This document shows positions 18,362 through 31,000 of a DNA stretch of 64,000 nucleotides, piece by piece; position 1 is the stretch's first letter; the number at the start of each line of letters is the position of its first letter. The translations under genes were made by a program, and so were the position numbers. The notes under the pieces were generated by a model. That model was not told the origin of the DNA. It did no database searches and saw only the letters and a program-made list of their open reading frames with translations. Origin of the DNA: Chitinophagales bacterium (GTDB taxonomy: Bacteria > Bacteroidota > Bacteroidia > Chitinophagales > JADIYW01); NCBI GenBank assembly GCA_965216955.1, contig CBDCGV010000016.1:13592-77591 (forward strand), in the 5' to 3' direction.

Positions 18362-21241
18362 ATGTCTGCCAAAATCAAATACTCATTATGTATTTTTCTA
18401 ATAACCTGCCAAGCGTATGTTATTTTTGGTAATTACGATATAGGAACACCATTTATCGAATCATTCTCTGCGGAAGACAATAAAACAGGAGCCCAAAATT
18501 GGGATATCGCTCAAGATTCGAGGTACGTAATGTATTTTGCCAACAATGATGGGCTACTAGAATTTGATGGTTTTAATTGGAATATCTACCCACTACCTAA
18601 CAAAACCATTGTTAGATCTGTTGAAGTTGATAGGAATGGTCAAATTTATACTGGTGGTCAAAACGAATTAGGAAGATTTATACCTAATTCTAAAGGAGCC
18701 TGGGAATATGAATCTCTTAAGCCCTCAATACCATTGGAATTTAGAGATTTTGAAGATGTTTGGGATCTCAATGTATTTAACAATAATATTGTTTTTAGAT
18801 CCTCAGGAAAACTCTATTTCTATAGGAATAATCAATGGGAAATAGACAACCAGCTTTCAATTAAGTTTCTCAAAAATATAAATGATGAGATACTAGTTCA
18901 AGATGATGATGGACTATTACACTGGTATGAGCAAAAGCAATGGAAACAAGTAAACGACTCTGAAAAATTGAGAGGAAGCACCATAAATGGAATAATTCCA
19001 CTAAATAAATCACATTTCCTAATTACAACAGTTGAAAAAGGTATTTTTGAATACAAAAATAGCTCTATTGAAAAATGGACAACTACGCTCTATGATTTTT
19101 TCTCAACAAATCTAATCAATTGTGCTACTCAACTATATGATGGAAGCATTGCCATTGGAACTTACCTTTCTGGACTCGTAATTATTGACCCCAATGGCCA
19201 TCTCAAGTATCATATTACTAAGAATGATGGACTCCTTAGTAACAATATATCGAGTCTTTATAGCGACGCTAGCAATAACTTGTGGGTAGGTTTAGGAAAT
19301 GGGATTAATCTTGTTAAGGTCAATTTTCCATTTTTACGAATCTATCCAGATGGAGAACTTGGAGGAACCGGGTATGCGATAAAGGTATTTGACAAAAAAT
19401 TATACCTAGGAACGAGCAATGGTCTCTTTAGTATACCCTGGACACAAGAATCACAGAAAATAACAGATTTGAAAAAATTTGTCCCTATTGAAGGGACAAG
19501 TGGTCAAACTTGGGGCCTCAATATTGTGAATGGATCATTAATACTAAGTCACCACAAAGGCGCTTTTTTTATTAAACATAACAAAGCCTTTGAGGCGCTA
19601 AAAGAAACAGGGGTATGGTTGATGAATGAATATAAAAGTGGCATATGTATAATCGGCACTTATGAAGGCATTACATTTTATAATAATCAATCGGGAAATT
19701 TTGATAAAACTCCCATATCCTCAGCATTCAAAGAATCTAGTCGATTTGTTGAACAAGATATCGATGACAATATATGGATCTCACATCCGTACAGAGGAGT
19801 TTTTAAATTAACCGTAGAGCGAGATACGTTGATCGTAAATCACTATGGTTCTGAAGATGGACTCCCCAACAATTTACATAATCACTTATTCAAGATTAAA
19901 AATGAAATTATTGTTTGTGGAGAAACAGGAATATTCAATTATGACAGCAATTCTAATCAATTTGTCCCTCATCAAACATTAAATGAAATACTTGGAGAAA
20001 ATGTAAAGATTAGAAGATTATTTGAAGCCCCTAATGGAGATATATGGTTTATTACTCAAGATAAGGTCGGATTGCTAAAAGTTACTGATAAGTTGTTGGA
20101 AAAGGATGTTATTCAAATTGAATTTCCAGCGTTAAGATCTTATCTAAATGATGGATTTGAATTAATTTATCCTTATAATGACAAACACGTTTTCTTAACT
20201 GCCAGACAAGGATTTATACATTATTTGCCTCAAAAAAAGATAACCACGGATTCATCCTTTCATCTATTACTAAACGAAGTGAAAATATATGGAAAGCCAG
20301 ATAGTATTGTTTTTTCAGGTATTTTTAATGAAAACGAATCGATCACGCCTCACCAGCCTCTTAAAATGAAACATCATTTTGATCGACGTATCAGGGGATT
20401 ACAATTTGCCTATTCAGCTAGTGATTTTACAAACAATAAGGAATTACTATTTAGGCATCAGCTATTAGGTTTTGATAAAGGTTGGTCAAAATGGACAAAG
20501 CAGCGAATTAAAGAATACACCAACTTACCAGCGGGTGAATACTCCTTTAAAGTTCAAGCAAAGCGTTTGAATGGCGACCTTACTCCTCCCTTTTCTTATG
20601 ACTTTGTGATCAAGCAGCCATGGTATGCAACCAAAGGAGCAAAACTTCTATATGTATTTTTATTTTGTTTAGCAGGTATATTACTCTATAGACTCAATCG
20701 TAAGAAGTTTGAAAACGTAAGAGAAGAAGCGCATCAAACTGTGCAAAGGTCGCAACAAGAAATAGATCGATTGGAAAAGAAAAATATTAAAAGCCAACTA
20801 GAGCACAAGAACAGGGAGCTTGTTTCATCGGCATTACACATTTCCAGAAAAAATGAAATTCTGACGCAGATTACCAATAAATTAAGCAAGATAGAAACAG
20901 AATGTACTGATGAAAGCACCGTTAACCAACTTAAAAAACTTAAACACTTGTTGCGAAATGAAGAAATTGTGGAAGAAGGTTGGGAAAACATTATGTTTCA
21001 TTTTAATGAATTAAACGGGGAGTACATTAATGAACTAAAAAAGAAACACCCCTCTCTTTCACCTAAAGATCTTAAACTTTGCACCTACTTAAAAATGAAT
21101 TTATCTACTAAAGAAATTGCGTCAATGATGAATGTCAGCATCCGTTCAGTTGAAGCAAGTCGTTATCGCTTAAGAAAAAAAATGAACTTATCCAGCAATG
21201 ATAACCTTACTGAAGTGCTAATGAATTTTGAGTGGCAGTAA
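18362..21241 (+). CDS. Transmembrane one-component regulator: periplasmic beta-propeller/Y_Y_Y sensor plus cytoplasmic LuxR-type HTH
   Basis: 959 aa with an N-terminal signal/anchor and long propeller-like repeats. The Y_Y_Y-like region is KEYTNLPAGEYSFKVQAK and the single TM helix is LLYVFLFCLAGILLY. A coiled coil follows, then the LuxR HTH LSTKEIASMMNVSIRSVEASRYRLRKKM. No kinase or receiver motifs are present. Confidence 0.8.
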   Translation: MSAKIKYSLCIFLITCQAYVIFGNYDIGTPFIESFSAEDNKTGAQNWDIAQDSRYVMYFANNDGLLEFDGFNWNIYPLPNKTIVRSVEVDRNGQIYTGGQNELGRFIPNSKGAWEYESLKPSIPLEFRDFEDVWDLNVFNNNIVFRSSGKLYFYRNNQWEIDNQLSIKFLKNINDEILVQDDDGLLHWYEQKQWKQVNDSEKLRGSTINGIIPLNKSHFLITTVEKGIFEYKNSSIEKWTTTLYDFFSTNLINCATQLYDGSIAIGTYLSGLVIIDPNGHLKYHITKNDGLLSNNISSLYSDASNNLWVGLGNGINLVKVNFPFLRIYPDGELGGTGYAIKVFDKKLYLGTSNGLFSIPWTQESQKITDLKKFVPIEGTSGQTWGLNIVNGSLILSHHKGAFFIKHNKAFEALKETGVWLMNEYKSGICIIGTYEGITFYNNQSGNFDKTPISSAFKESSRFVEQDIDDNIWISHPYRGVFKLTVERDTLIVNHYGSEDGLPNNLHNHLFKIKNEIIVCGETGIFNYDSNSNQFVPHQTLNEILGENVKIRRLFEAPNGDIWFITQDKVGLLKVTDKLLEKDVIQIEFPALRSYLNDGFELIYPYNDKHVFLTARQGFIHYLPQKKITTDSSFHLLLNEVKIYGKPDSIVFSGIFNENESITPHQPLKMKHHFDRRIRGLQFAYSASDFTNNKELLFRHQLLGFDKGWSKWTKQRIKEYTNLPAGEYSFKVQAKRLNGDLTPPFSYDFVIKQPWYATKGAKLLYVFLFCLAGILLYRLNRKKFENVREEAHQTVQRSQQEIDRLEKKNIKSQLEHKNRELVSSALHISRKNEILTQITNKLSKIETECTDESTVNQLKKLKHLLRNEEIVEEGWENIMFHFNELNGEYINELKKKHPSLSPKDLKLCTYLKMNLSTKEIASMMNVSIRSVEASRYRLRKKMNLSSNDNLTEVLMNFEWQ

Positions 21242-21360
21242 GAATCATTCATCTATGCAAAAGGTTTTAAAGGTATACTCTTTTATTAAATATAAAATTA
21301 GTGTGCGTTTATTCATATTATATAAGTTATTTTAGGTCATTAATAATTAGTGTTTTATAA

Positions 21361-22521
21361 ATGAAAAAGATATTGTTATTAGGATCTGGAGAATTAGGGA
21401 AAGAATTTGTAATTGCCGCAAAGAGGCTAGGCCAATATGTTATTGCTGCTGACAGCTATGATAATGCTCCTGCTATGCAAGTAGCTGATGATAAAGAGGT
21501 TCTTAATATGTTAGACGGGAAAGAACTAGATAGAATAGTTACAAAACACCAACCAGATATAATTGTTCCAGAAGTAGAAGCTATAAGAACCGAACGATTT
21601 TACGATTATGAAAAGCAACATATACAAGTTGTTCCTAGTGCTAAAGCGGCCAATTATACTATGAATAGGAAGGCTATAAGAGACTTAGCTGCAAATAAAC
21701 TAGGCTTAAAAACTGCTAAGTTTTGCTATGCTAAAAGCGAAGAAGAGCTAATCAATGCAACTAAGGCAATAGGACTACCATGTGTTGTAAAACCTTTAAT
21801 GTCTTCTTCAGGAAAAGGGCAATCGACAATAAAAAAAGAAGAGGATATCTCTACCGCATGGAAATACGCTATAGAAGGATCTAGAGGTGATGTTGTTGAG
21901 GTAATTGTAGAAGAATTTATCACCTTTGATTTAGAAATCACATTGCTTACACTTACCACTAAAGATGGCAATGTACTTTATTGCCCACCAGTTGGACATA
22001 GACAAGAACGTGGAGATTATCAAGAAAGCTGGCAGCCGGCTTTAATAAAAGAAAAGCACCTTTTAAAAGCGCAAAACATGGCGCAGAAAGTTACTCAAGA
22101 ATTGGGTGGTGCAGGCATTTGGGGTATAGAGTTTTTTATTACAAAAGATGACGTTTACTTCTCTGAATTATCTCCCAGACCCCATGACACAGGGATGGTA
22201 ACTTTAGGTAACACTCAAAATTTAAATGAATTTGAACTTCATGCAAGAGCAATACTAGGACTTCCCATTCCAGAAATCAGGCAGCAACAGTTTGGTGTTA
22301 GCGCTGTAATCTTAGCAAAAAAAGATAGTATACACCCTATCCTTTCAGGAATTGAAAATGCTTTGCAACACCCATTAGTTGATCTAAAAATTTTTGGAAA
22401 ACCAACTTCTCGCCCTTACAGAAGAATGGGTGTTATAACAGTGTCAGACGAAATAGGGAGTGATCTTGATCACTTAAGAAAACTTGCAAAACAAGCCGCT
22501 GATAAAATTAAGATTGATTAA
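21361..22521 (+). CDS. purT: Formate-dependent phosphoribosylglycinamide formyltransferase (GAR transformylase 2)
   Basis: 386 aa with an ATP-grasp fold. The N-terminus [24 protein letters not shown] and the overall pattern are typical of PurT. Confidence 0.9.
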   Translation: MKKILLLGSGELGKEFVIAAKRLGQYVIAADSYDNAPAMQVADDKEVLNMLDGKELDRIVTKHQPDIIVPEVEAIRTERFYDYEKQHIQVVPSAKAANYTMNRKAIRDLAANKLGLKTAKFCYAKSEEELINATKAIGLPCVVKPLMSSSGKGQSTIKKEEDISTAWKYAIEGSRGDVVEVIVEEFITFDLEITLLTLTTKDGNVLYCPPVGHRQERGDYQESWQPALIKEKHLLKAQNMAQKVTQELGGAGIWGIEFFITKDDVYFSELSPRPHDTGMVTLGNTQNLNEFELHARAILGLPIPEIRQQQFGVSAVILAKKDSIHPILSGIENALQHPLVDLKIFGKPTSRPYRRMGVITVSDEIGSDLDHLRKLAKQAADKIKID

Positions 22522-22530
22522 TCTCCTTAA

Positions 22531-23463
22531 TCAAAATCCATATTTTTTCTTTAAAACTTTTGCCCGTTCATCAGGCCCATCATGCTTCCAGCCCGGAGAT
22601 CTAAAAATATAAGACAACTTATTTCCAAGCCCTGGTGCTTTGATAACATCTTTTAAAATAGCAATCAATTCATGAGAAGCTATTTTAAAGAGATTCCTTG
22701 TATGGATATTATGTGTAAGTCCATACTTAGCTTTTTCTTCTTCTGCTTGAAAACTACCAAACATCCTATCCCAAATGATTAATATTCCACCATAATTCCT
22801 ATCTAGATATTTAATATTAGCACCGTGGTGCACTCTATGATGTGATGGCGTATTCATAAATAGTTCAAGAAAACCCAACTTATTTATATATTCTGTATGA
22901 ATCCAGAATTGATATATAAGACTTAAAGACATCTGCGTTAACACCATTATCGGATGAAAGCCTAGTAAAGGCAACCATAGCCAAAGCAAATATTTATACA
23001 TATACTCCCACCATCCTTGTCTTAATGCAGTTGCCAGATTATAATCTTCAGAAGAATGATGATTAACATGCCCTGCCCACAAAATCCTAACCTCGTGCCC
23101 CAGTCTGTGATGTACATAAAAAGTGAGATCTTCTAAAAAGAAAAGTAATACCCAAAGATACCAATGCGACTTATGCCAACTTAACTGTTTTAATTCTTCA
23201 AAAGAATCAGGTGCAAGGTTATCAAAAATTCTATATTTAAATAGAACAAAAAAAACTCCAACGTACAACGCTTTGCTTCCTAAATTTATAAATACAGACC
23301 CCAATCCCATACCTATACTTGCTATCGCTTCTTTAACGTCATAATTCTTCTGATTTCTTTTAACCAAAAAATACTCAAACAAGATCAACACAATAAAAAA
23401 GGGAACAGCAAACGCAACGGGATCATTAAAACTAAGTGGATTGTAAAAACTAAAAATGATCAT
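22531..23463 (-). CDS. Fatty acid hydroxylase/sterol desaturase-family membrane protein
   Basis: 310 aa and polytopic. It has the di-iron histidine boxes HHRLGHE, HVNHHSSEDYN and HHRVHH. Confidence 0.75.
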   Translation of the reverse strand: MIIFSFYNPLSFNDPVAFAVPFFIVLILFEYFLVKRNQKNYDVKEAIASIGMGLGSVFINLGSKALYVGVFFVLFKYRIFDNLAPDSFEELKQLSWHKSHWYLWVLLFFLEDLTFYVHHRLGHEVRILWAGHVNHHSSEDYNLATALRQGWWEYMYKYLLWLWLPLLGFHPIMVLTQMSLSLIYQFWIHTEYINKLGFLELFMNTPSHHRVHHGANIKYLDRNYGGILIIWDRMFGSFQAEEEKAKYGLTHNIHTRNLFKIASHELIAILKDVIKAPGLGNKLSYIFRSPGWKHDGPDERAKVLKKKYGF

Positions 23464-23566
23464 TGCAAAAAATTCTAAATGAAAGGTATCTCTTTTTTGA
23501 CAAAATGGTATAGTTATTCCGGTAGAATCTGCAAATACTAATATTATTTGCCATTTATCAAAAAGA

Positions 23567-24040
23567 CTACTCTCTTTTTATTTTCAGATCTATCACCTTC
23601 GATGCTTTAACCGGAACTTTAAATTCCTTTTTAACAGCTTTAATTGTAACTGTACCCTTAATTTTTAATTGAGCTTCCTTAGACCTAAACATACTCCCTA
23701 AACCACCTAGAAACAAGTTTTTCAAAACTTCATCAGGTTCAAATATGTACTTAATCGGTATAGAAAATTCTTGTTTTGCCTTTACTTTAAAAGGTATTGT
23801 CTGAACAACATTTCCAATATTTTTTTCATTTATTTGAATGTCGAAGGTAGATTTTGAAACTGTAATTCCAACTGAATTAGGGTTATACATAACTACATCG
23901 GCAGCAATTTGCATCTTACCATCTTTTCTATTGAAATCAATATTTTCAAGTCTTTGAAAGGAAGGTTCTATATCTTTTTTACAAGCAACAATTGTACTAA
24001 TAAAAATAAATCCTATCAAAATCTGCTTAAAGTACTTCAT
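23567..24040 (-). CDS. Small lipoprotein, LEA14/LEA_2-like beta-sandwich (function unknown)
   Basis: The track ORF extends to 24073, but the Met at 24040 gives a canonical lipoprotein signal, MKYFKQILIGFIFISTIVACKKD. The family call is weak. Confidence 0.4.
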   Translation of the reverse strand: MKYFKQILIGFIFISTIVACKKDIEPSFQRLENIDFNRKDGKMQIAADVVMYNPNSVGITVSKSTFDIQINEKNIGNVVQTIPFKVKAKQEFSIPIKYIFEPDEVLKNLFLGGLGSMFRSKEAQLKIKGTVTIKAVKKEFKVPVKASKVIDLKIKRE

Positions 24041-24085
24041 AAGTTTTATTTTATACAAGAGATCAAATAACATTATTTTTTGACC

Positions 24086-24967
24086 TTAACTATCTTTATT
24101 AAAAAAATCTAACAAATACTTATTTACCTTTTCTGGAGCGTCTTGTTGTACCCAATGACTGCACTCTGAAATATATTTAATTTCTAACACTCCCTCAAAA
24201 TATTTATCCATTCCATAAGTCAATTCCTTACCGAGTGCCTGATCATTTTCTCCCCAAATAAGTATTGTTGGCACAGTAATCTTTCTATGTTGTCTAGTCC
24301 CCCCTTTTAAAGACATTCTAATTCCAGCTCTATAGTAATTAAGACTAGAAGTTAAAGCATTTGGCTGCGAATAAGCGTCTACGTACTTTTGAATAGTAGC
24401 ATCATCAAAAGCAGATTTATTAAAAGACCATCCCCTAAAGGCATTCTCAAATGTCTTTTTAAGATTTATTTTTAAAAACAATTCTGGTAGAAAGGGTAAT
24501 TGAAAGAAAAACATATACCAGCTTTTTCTTAACTGGCTAAAATTTGTTTTTAGGGCTTTAATAAAAATTGCAGGATGTGGGCTATTTAAAACTGCCAATC
24601 TATCTACAATATATGAATGAGAAATTCCAAGATTCCAAGCTACCGCACCTCCCCAATCATGCCCAACAATATGTGCCTTTTCATATCCAAGATATTTAAT
24701 TAATTCAACAATATCGCTGGCGACCTCATCCATTGTATAATGTTCAATTCCCTTTGGTTTGTCAGACTTATTAAACCCTCTTAAATCAGGAACAACCACT
24801 CTATAATTTTTAGACAAATCAGGAATCTGTGCTCTCCAACTATACCAAAACTCCGGCCATCCATGCAATAAAACGATCAACTTATCACCCTTACCTGCAG
24901 TTACATAATGTAGGTTAATTCCATTAACCTTTGCATATTCATGCACCCAATTATCTTTATCTACCAT
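24086..24967 (-). CDS. Alpha/beta hydrolase, epoxide hydrolase/haloalkane dehalogenase-like
   Basis: 293 aa. It has the HGWPEFWYSWRAQIP oxyanion region and the Asp nucleophile elbow VGHDWGG. Confidence 0.8.
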   Translation of the reverse strand: MVDKDNWVHEYAKVNGINLHYVTAGKGDKLIVLLHGWPEFWYSWRAQIPDLSKNYRVVVPDLRGFNKSDKPKGIEHYTMDEVASDIVELIKYLGYEKAHIVGHDWGGAVAWNLGISHSYIVDRLAVLNSPHPAIFIKALKTNFSQLRKSWYMFFFQLPFLPELFLKINLKKTFENAFRGWSFNKSAFDDATIQKYVDAYSQPNALTSSLNYYRAGIRMSLKGGTRQHRKITVPTILIWGENDQALGKELTYGMDKYFEGVLEIKYISECSHWVQQDAPEKVNKYLLDFFNKDS

Positions 24968-25015
24968 CTATCCCAATTATTAAATAAAGTTACAAACATA
25001 GATGATATCATTATA

Positions 25016-25050
25016 ACAAAAAAGCGACTTCCATTTTGATGGAAGCCGCT
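25016..25050 (-). terminator. Rho-independent terminator downstream of the giant adhesin gene
   Basis: A 12-bp stem with one mismatch (agcgacttccat / atggaagccgct) and loop tttg spans 25023-25050. On the minus strand it is followed by a run of 8 T (25023-25016). It lies 41 bp after the stop at 25091. Confidence 0.7.
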
Positions 25051-25090
25051 TTAGAAATTTAAAATCGACTAAATATAATAACTAATAATA

Positions 25091-28000
25091 CTAATCAATA
25101 ACTGAAAGTTTCTTAGCTACTTCATCTTTCCCTGTATTAATATTTACTATGTAATTTCCTTTTGCAAGGTCAGATACATCAATATTAGCGATTCGACTAA
25201 CACCTGCTTCAATTACCGTATTTAATACTTTAACTTCTTTACCCAATACATTGAATATTTTCAGTTCCACTTCACCGCTATATGGTGACGTAATATCTAT
25301 ATTGGTTGTATTGTTAGCCGGGTTAGGAACAAATTCTCCAACTGAGAAACCGTTAATTGCATTCCCTAATGAAGCGCTTACTACATCAGAGTACTCGTTA
25401 GCACCATCAAAATCAATTTGATTTAATTGATAGTAATACGTCACTCCCGAAACAACATCCTCATCAATGTATTGATATTCTGACAACTCGTTAGTCGTTC
25501 CGTTACCATCTATGGTAGCTATTGGGAAGAAATCTAACCCATTTACACTTTTCAATACTACAAAATGATCGTTATTAAGCTCTGCAGCTGTTTCCCAATC
25601 CAACTGAATAACATCGCCTGTTGCCATAGCCGTAAAGCTAATCAACTCAACCGGTAGTGGCCCTCCGCCACCATCACCAGCACCTGCAGCACCACCACCA
25701 CCAGAGAAGCTAGTAATAGTAAAGTCTACAAAGTCAATGTTATTGTTTTTACCTGAATTTATTGGTGCCAAAGCAATTACGTTAGGACCAATCATACCAG
25801 CTGGCGAAACATCTGTAAGTGGGTTATAATTATCAGATTTAAACCATTCAAACCCTTGATATGCCACACTTTGAGCAGTAGCAAAACCTTGTGCTTGTGT
25901 AATTACATCTGTTCTTTCTGATGGACTATAATAAAACCTAACTGTTACTTCATCATCTAAACTTTCATTTGTAACATTCCAGTGTCTCCTCATTGGATAC
26001 GTAGCCGAAGTGTAAGGTGCTCCGAACCATTGTTGATCTACATCATCCCAGCTATTGAAGACCGTAACAGAAGGTACTGCGTTCGCTTTAGCAGTTGTAT
26101 TACCTCCATCTAAGTCCGGATCCCAATTGATAGCAAAAGCTAATTTAGATTGGTCTGTAGTCATACCATAGAAAACCCAAGTTCCTAGATCACATCTAAA
26201 ATCAAGACCATTACCATCAATAGCATCTCCATCTTGAGCTAAGTACACTAAATCTAATGGTGTTTTCACATCAATAGAAATACTTGCACATCCTGTTTGT
26301 GTACCACAATCATCTTCGGCTCTTACATAATATGAAGTAGTAGTTGTAGAGCCTGCCAATGTTACTGTATGTGTTCTACTAGTACCTGAAGAGCCTACAG
26401 AAGTACCTCCACAAGATCCAGAATACCATTCCCATTCTCCACCATCATCTGAAGATAAAGAACCTCCATTAACCGTTAACTCAATTTCTCCTCCAAAACA
26501 AGAAGCCGTTGGACCATCAATGCTAGTAGGAACTGTAGACTGTTCTTTTACTACCACTTCTAGAGAAGCATCTGCTGTATTATTACACGCTCCTTCTGCT
26601 CTCACATAATACGTAGTCGTACTAGCTGGTGATGGACTTATGGAAGTTCCACTTCCAACATTAGTCCCCGTACCACCAGGACCTGTATACCACTCCCAAG
26701 TAGCTCCAGTTGCTAAACTACCGCCCACTACCGATAAGGTAGTACTGGAACCATTACATATTGGAGTAGTACCATTTACACTAGTTGCTGCTACAGATGC
26801 CGGATCCACCGTTATCGTGCCCGTTGCATTAAAGCTTCCACAACCTCCTGTTAATGGTATGCTATAGTTAAACGTACCACTTGCTGTTGGTGTACCACTA
26901 ATAGTAATCGTATTCGATGCCCATGCGGCCGTTACCCCTGAAGGCAAGCCACTCGCTGCTCCAATACCTGTTGCACCAGTCGTACTATGTGTAATATTCG
27001 TCAATGCTGTGTTAATACATAACGTTGGTGTTGATGATGCAGCACCTACTGTATTATCTTCTGTTACTGTTATTGTACCCGTTGCATTCACACTTCCACA
27101 ACCACCTATCAATGGCACAGTATAATTAAATGTACCACTTGCTGTTGGTGTACCACTAATGGTAATCGTATTTGATGCCCATGCCGCCGTTACTCCTGAA
27201 GGCAAGCCACTCGCTGCTCCAATGCCTGTTGCACCAGTCGTACTATGTGTAATATTCGTTAATGCTGTATTGATACACAATGTCGGTGTTGATGAGGCAG
27301 CACCAGCTGTATTGTCTGGTGTTACTGTTATTGTACCCGTTGCATTAAAGCTTCCACAACCTCCTGTTAATGGTACACTATAGTTAAACGTACCACTTGC
27401 TGTTGGTGTACCACTAATGGTAATCGTATTCGATGCCCATGCAGCCGTTACCCCTGAAGGCAAGCCACTCGCTGCACCAATACCTGTTGCACCTGTTGTT
27501 GCATGTGTAATATTTGTCAATGCTGTATTAATACATAATGTTGGTGTTGATGACGCAGCACCTACTGTATTATCCGGATCTACCGTGATCGTACCTGTTG
27601 CATTAAAGCTGCCACAACCTCCCGTCAATGGTATGCTATAATTAAACGTACCACTTGCTGTTGGTGTACCACTAATGGTAATCGTATTCGATGCCCATGC
27701 AGCCGTTACCCCTGAAGGCAAACCACTCGCTGCTCCAATGCCTGTTGCACCAGTCGTCGCATGTGTAATATTCGTCAATGCTGTGTTAATACACAATGTT
27801 GGTGTTGACGAAGCAGCACCTACCGTATTATCCGGATCTACCGTGATCGTACCCGTAGCATTCACACTTCCACAACCACCTATCAATGGTACTGTATAAT
27901 TAAACGTACCACTTGCTGTTGGGGTACCACTAATAGTAATCGTATTCGATGCCCATGCAGCCGTTACCCCTGAAGGCAAGCCACTTGCTGCTCCAATACC

Positions 28001-31000
28001 TGTTGCACCTGTTGTACTATGTGTAATATTTGTCAATGCTGTATTGATACACAATGTTGGTGTTGATGACGCAGCACCTACCGTATTATCCGGTGTTACT
28101 GTTATCGTACCTGTTGCATTCACACTTCCACAACCACCTATCAATGGTATGCTATAATTAAACGTACCACTTGCTGTTGGTGTACCACTGATCGTAATCG
28201 TATTTGATGCCCATGCGGCCGTTACTCCTGAAGGCAAGCCGCTCGCTGCGCCAATGCCTATTGCACCTGTTGTACTATGTGTAATATTCGTCAATGCTGT
28301 GTTAATACACAATGTTGGTGTTGATGATGCAGCACCTACTGTATTATCCGGATCTACTGTAATCGTACCCGTAGCATTCACACTTCCACAACCACCTGTC
28401 AATGGTATGCTATAGTTAAACGTACCACTTGCTGTTGGTGTACCACTGATGGTAATCGTATTCGATGCCCATGCAGCCGTTACCCCTGAAGGCAAGCCGC
28501 TCGCTGCACCAATACCTGTTGCACCTGTTGTTGCATGTGTAATATTTGTCAACGCTGTATTGATACACAATGTTGGTGTTGATGACGCAGCACCTACCGT
28601 ATTATCCGGTGTTACCGTTATCGTACCCGTTGCATTGAAAGTTCCACAACCACCTGTCAATGGTATGCTATAGTTAAACGTACCACTTGCTGTTGGTGTA
28701 CCACTGATCGTAATCGTATTTGATGCCCATGCAGCCGTTACCCCTGAAGGCAAGCCGCTCGCTGCACCAATACCCGTTGCACCCGTTGTGGCATGTGTAA
28801 TATTCGTTAATGCTGTATTAATACATAACGTTGGTGTTGATGATGCAGCACCTACTGTATTATTGGCTATGCCTGTCCAGCTATATGTAACCACTGAAGA
28901 CTCATCACAACCATCGCCATCGCAGATGGTTTTGATAGCTATAGTATTCGCACCCACTGCCGCTGTTATTGGCATCAATGTATTTACCCATCCAGCACCA
29001 TTATGATTATACCATATTGCACAGCTTCCAGCACCGCCACTGCCAAGAGCTGCCCCTACCAATGTTAACGATGTGCCTTCACAAGCACTCGCCACATTTG
29101 GCGACTTTCCTGCGGATGGTGCAGCAGGATCGCTATTTACTATAACTGTTGCGGAGTTAGATGCAGGATCATTACAATCACTGCCATTGTCCGTAACCTG
29201 ACACCTATACAGATAAGATCCTGTAGCCGTTATTCCAGATACTGTAAAGTTATTTGCACTGGCAACATTTGAATAAGAAGCCCCTGCAGGTGTTCCATTA
29301 GATACATTCACCCAACTACCACCATTCCAATATACCCATTGGTATGTTTTATTAACACCATTAATGGCCGTTATACTCATAGCATGCGATCCTCCAACAC
29401 ATATGGTTGCTCCTGACGGATGTGCTGTTATACTAGGCTCAGCATTTACCGTTACCGTAGCAGAATTTGACGCAACATTATTACAACCATTGCCACTGCC
29501 ATTACCATTATCTGTTACTTGGCACCTATACTGATAAGCACCTACAGCTGTTATTCCAGCTACTGTAAAGTTACTTGTACTTGTAACATTAGAATATATA
29601 GCACCTGCTGGCGTACCATTTGATGTATTCACCCAACTGCTGCCATTCCAATATTTCCATCTGTAAGTTTTATTTATTCCTCCGGTAGCAGAGATGCTCA
29701 TTACATGCGACCCACCAACACAGATGGATCCACTTGTAGGATTAGAAGTAATACTTGGATCTGCATTTACCGTTACAGTAGCAGAATTTGAATTGATATT
29801 ATTACAACCATTGCCACTACCATTACCATTATCTACCAATCGGCACCTATACTGGTAATCACCTACAGCTGTTATTCCAGATACTGTAAAGTTGCTTGCA
29901 CTGGTAACATTTGAATAGCTTGCACCTGTAGGTGTTCCATTGGATACATTCACCCAGCTACTGCCATTATAATACTGCCACTGATACGTTTTATTTATTC
30001 CTCCGGTAGCACTAACGCTCATTGAATGCGACCCTCCTTGACATATAGTCTCTCCAGATGGGTTAGAAGTAAATGTCGGATCCGGATTTACCGTAACCGT
30101 AACCACATTTGACCATGCATAACAACTTCCATTCGTTGCTGACCGAACTCTTCTTTGATAATAGGTTGTCTGAGTTAGTGAACCTGGATCATAAGTTGAA
30201 CCTGTGGCACTACCAATAGAACTATATCCGCCTGCTGGCGAAGAACCTGTACCAGATTGCCCTGATGGATTAGATGTAGATTGATACCATTGATATGCAT
30301 AACTATTTGACAAACCACCTGACGGTGAAGCCGTATTTGTTAAAGCTGAAGGATTACCTCCCGAACATATCGTTTGGGCATTACCAATTGACCCTGCATT
30401 TAATGCTGTAAAACCTGGTACATTTATGCTCGGAGAATAGGTTCCATTTCCTCCTCCATAACCAGTGTTATCTCCAACACCTCCAGAACCTCCATTCCAA
30501 AATGCTGTAGGACTTATAGTATTAGCGGCACATGGATTTCTAAATATTTTAATACGGCCACCGCCACCACCGGCACCACCACGTACATTATTAGTACAAG
30601 AATAGGTAGATGCCCTTGGCAAACCAGAATTACCACCATTACCTCCACGTACATCAAGTGTTCCTGTTACGGTGACTAAATTATCTCCTCTTAGAAGAAT
30701 TCCACCACCAGAACCACCAGCACCACCAGCACCAGCACCACCGGCAGCATCATAAGTTCCTTGGCAGGCTGCTGCCCAACAACTATGTCTATTATATCTA
30801 GGAGATTCGCAGCTATAACTACAATTATTATATTGCTTACCGCCATGTCCACCATTACCACCATTATTTCCTCTCATAGTAATGGATCCTGTTGCACTAA
30901 GGTTGTTGGTAGCATATAACCATACACCGCCACCGCCGTCACCGCCGCCGCCGCCGTTAGTTCCCCAGTAGCTTCCGCCACCGCCACCACCAGCGCCACC

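Noticed and set aside
801-24000. Numerous 60-95-aa ORFs nested antisense or out of frame inside the large CDSs, for example 801-1055, 2345-2530, 3169-3408, 8482-8685, 9814-10011, 13603-14084, 15669-16515, 20734-20991, 21726-21971 and 23123-23344
   Set aside because: Each lies wholly within a longer ORF that has strong family motifs. None shows motifs, signals or plausible start contexts of its own.
27159-28673. Series of 74-aa plus-strand ORFs (starts at 27159, 27417, 27675 and 28449) with near-identical sequences, plus ORFs at 26640-26867 and 28788-29006
   Set aside because: They are mirror-strand readings of the 258-bp coding repeats of the minus-strand adhesin gene. Their periodicity equals the repeat unit, and they have no independent start context or family resemblance.
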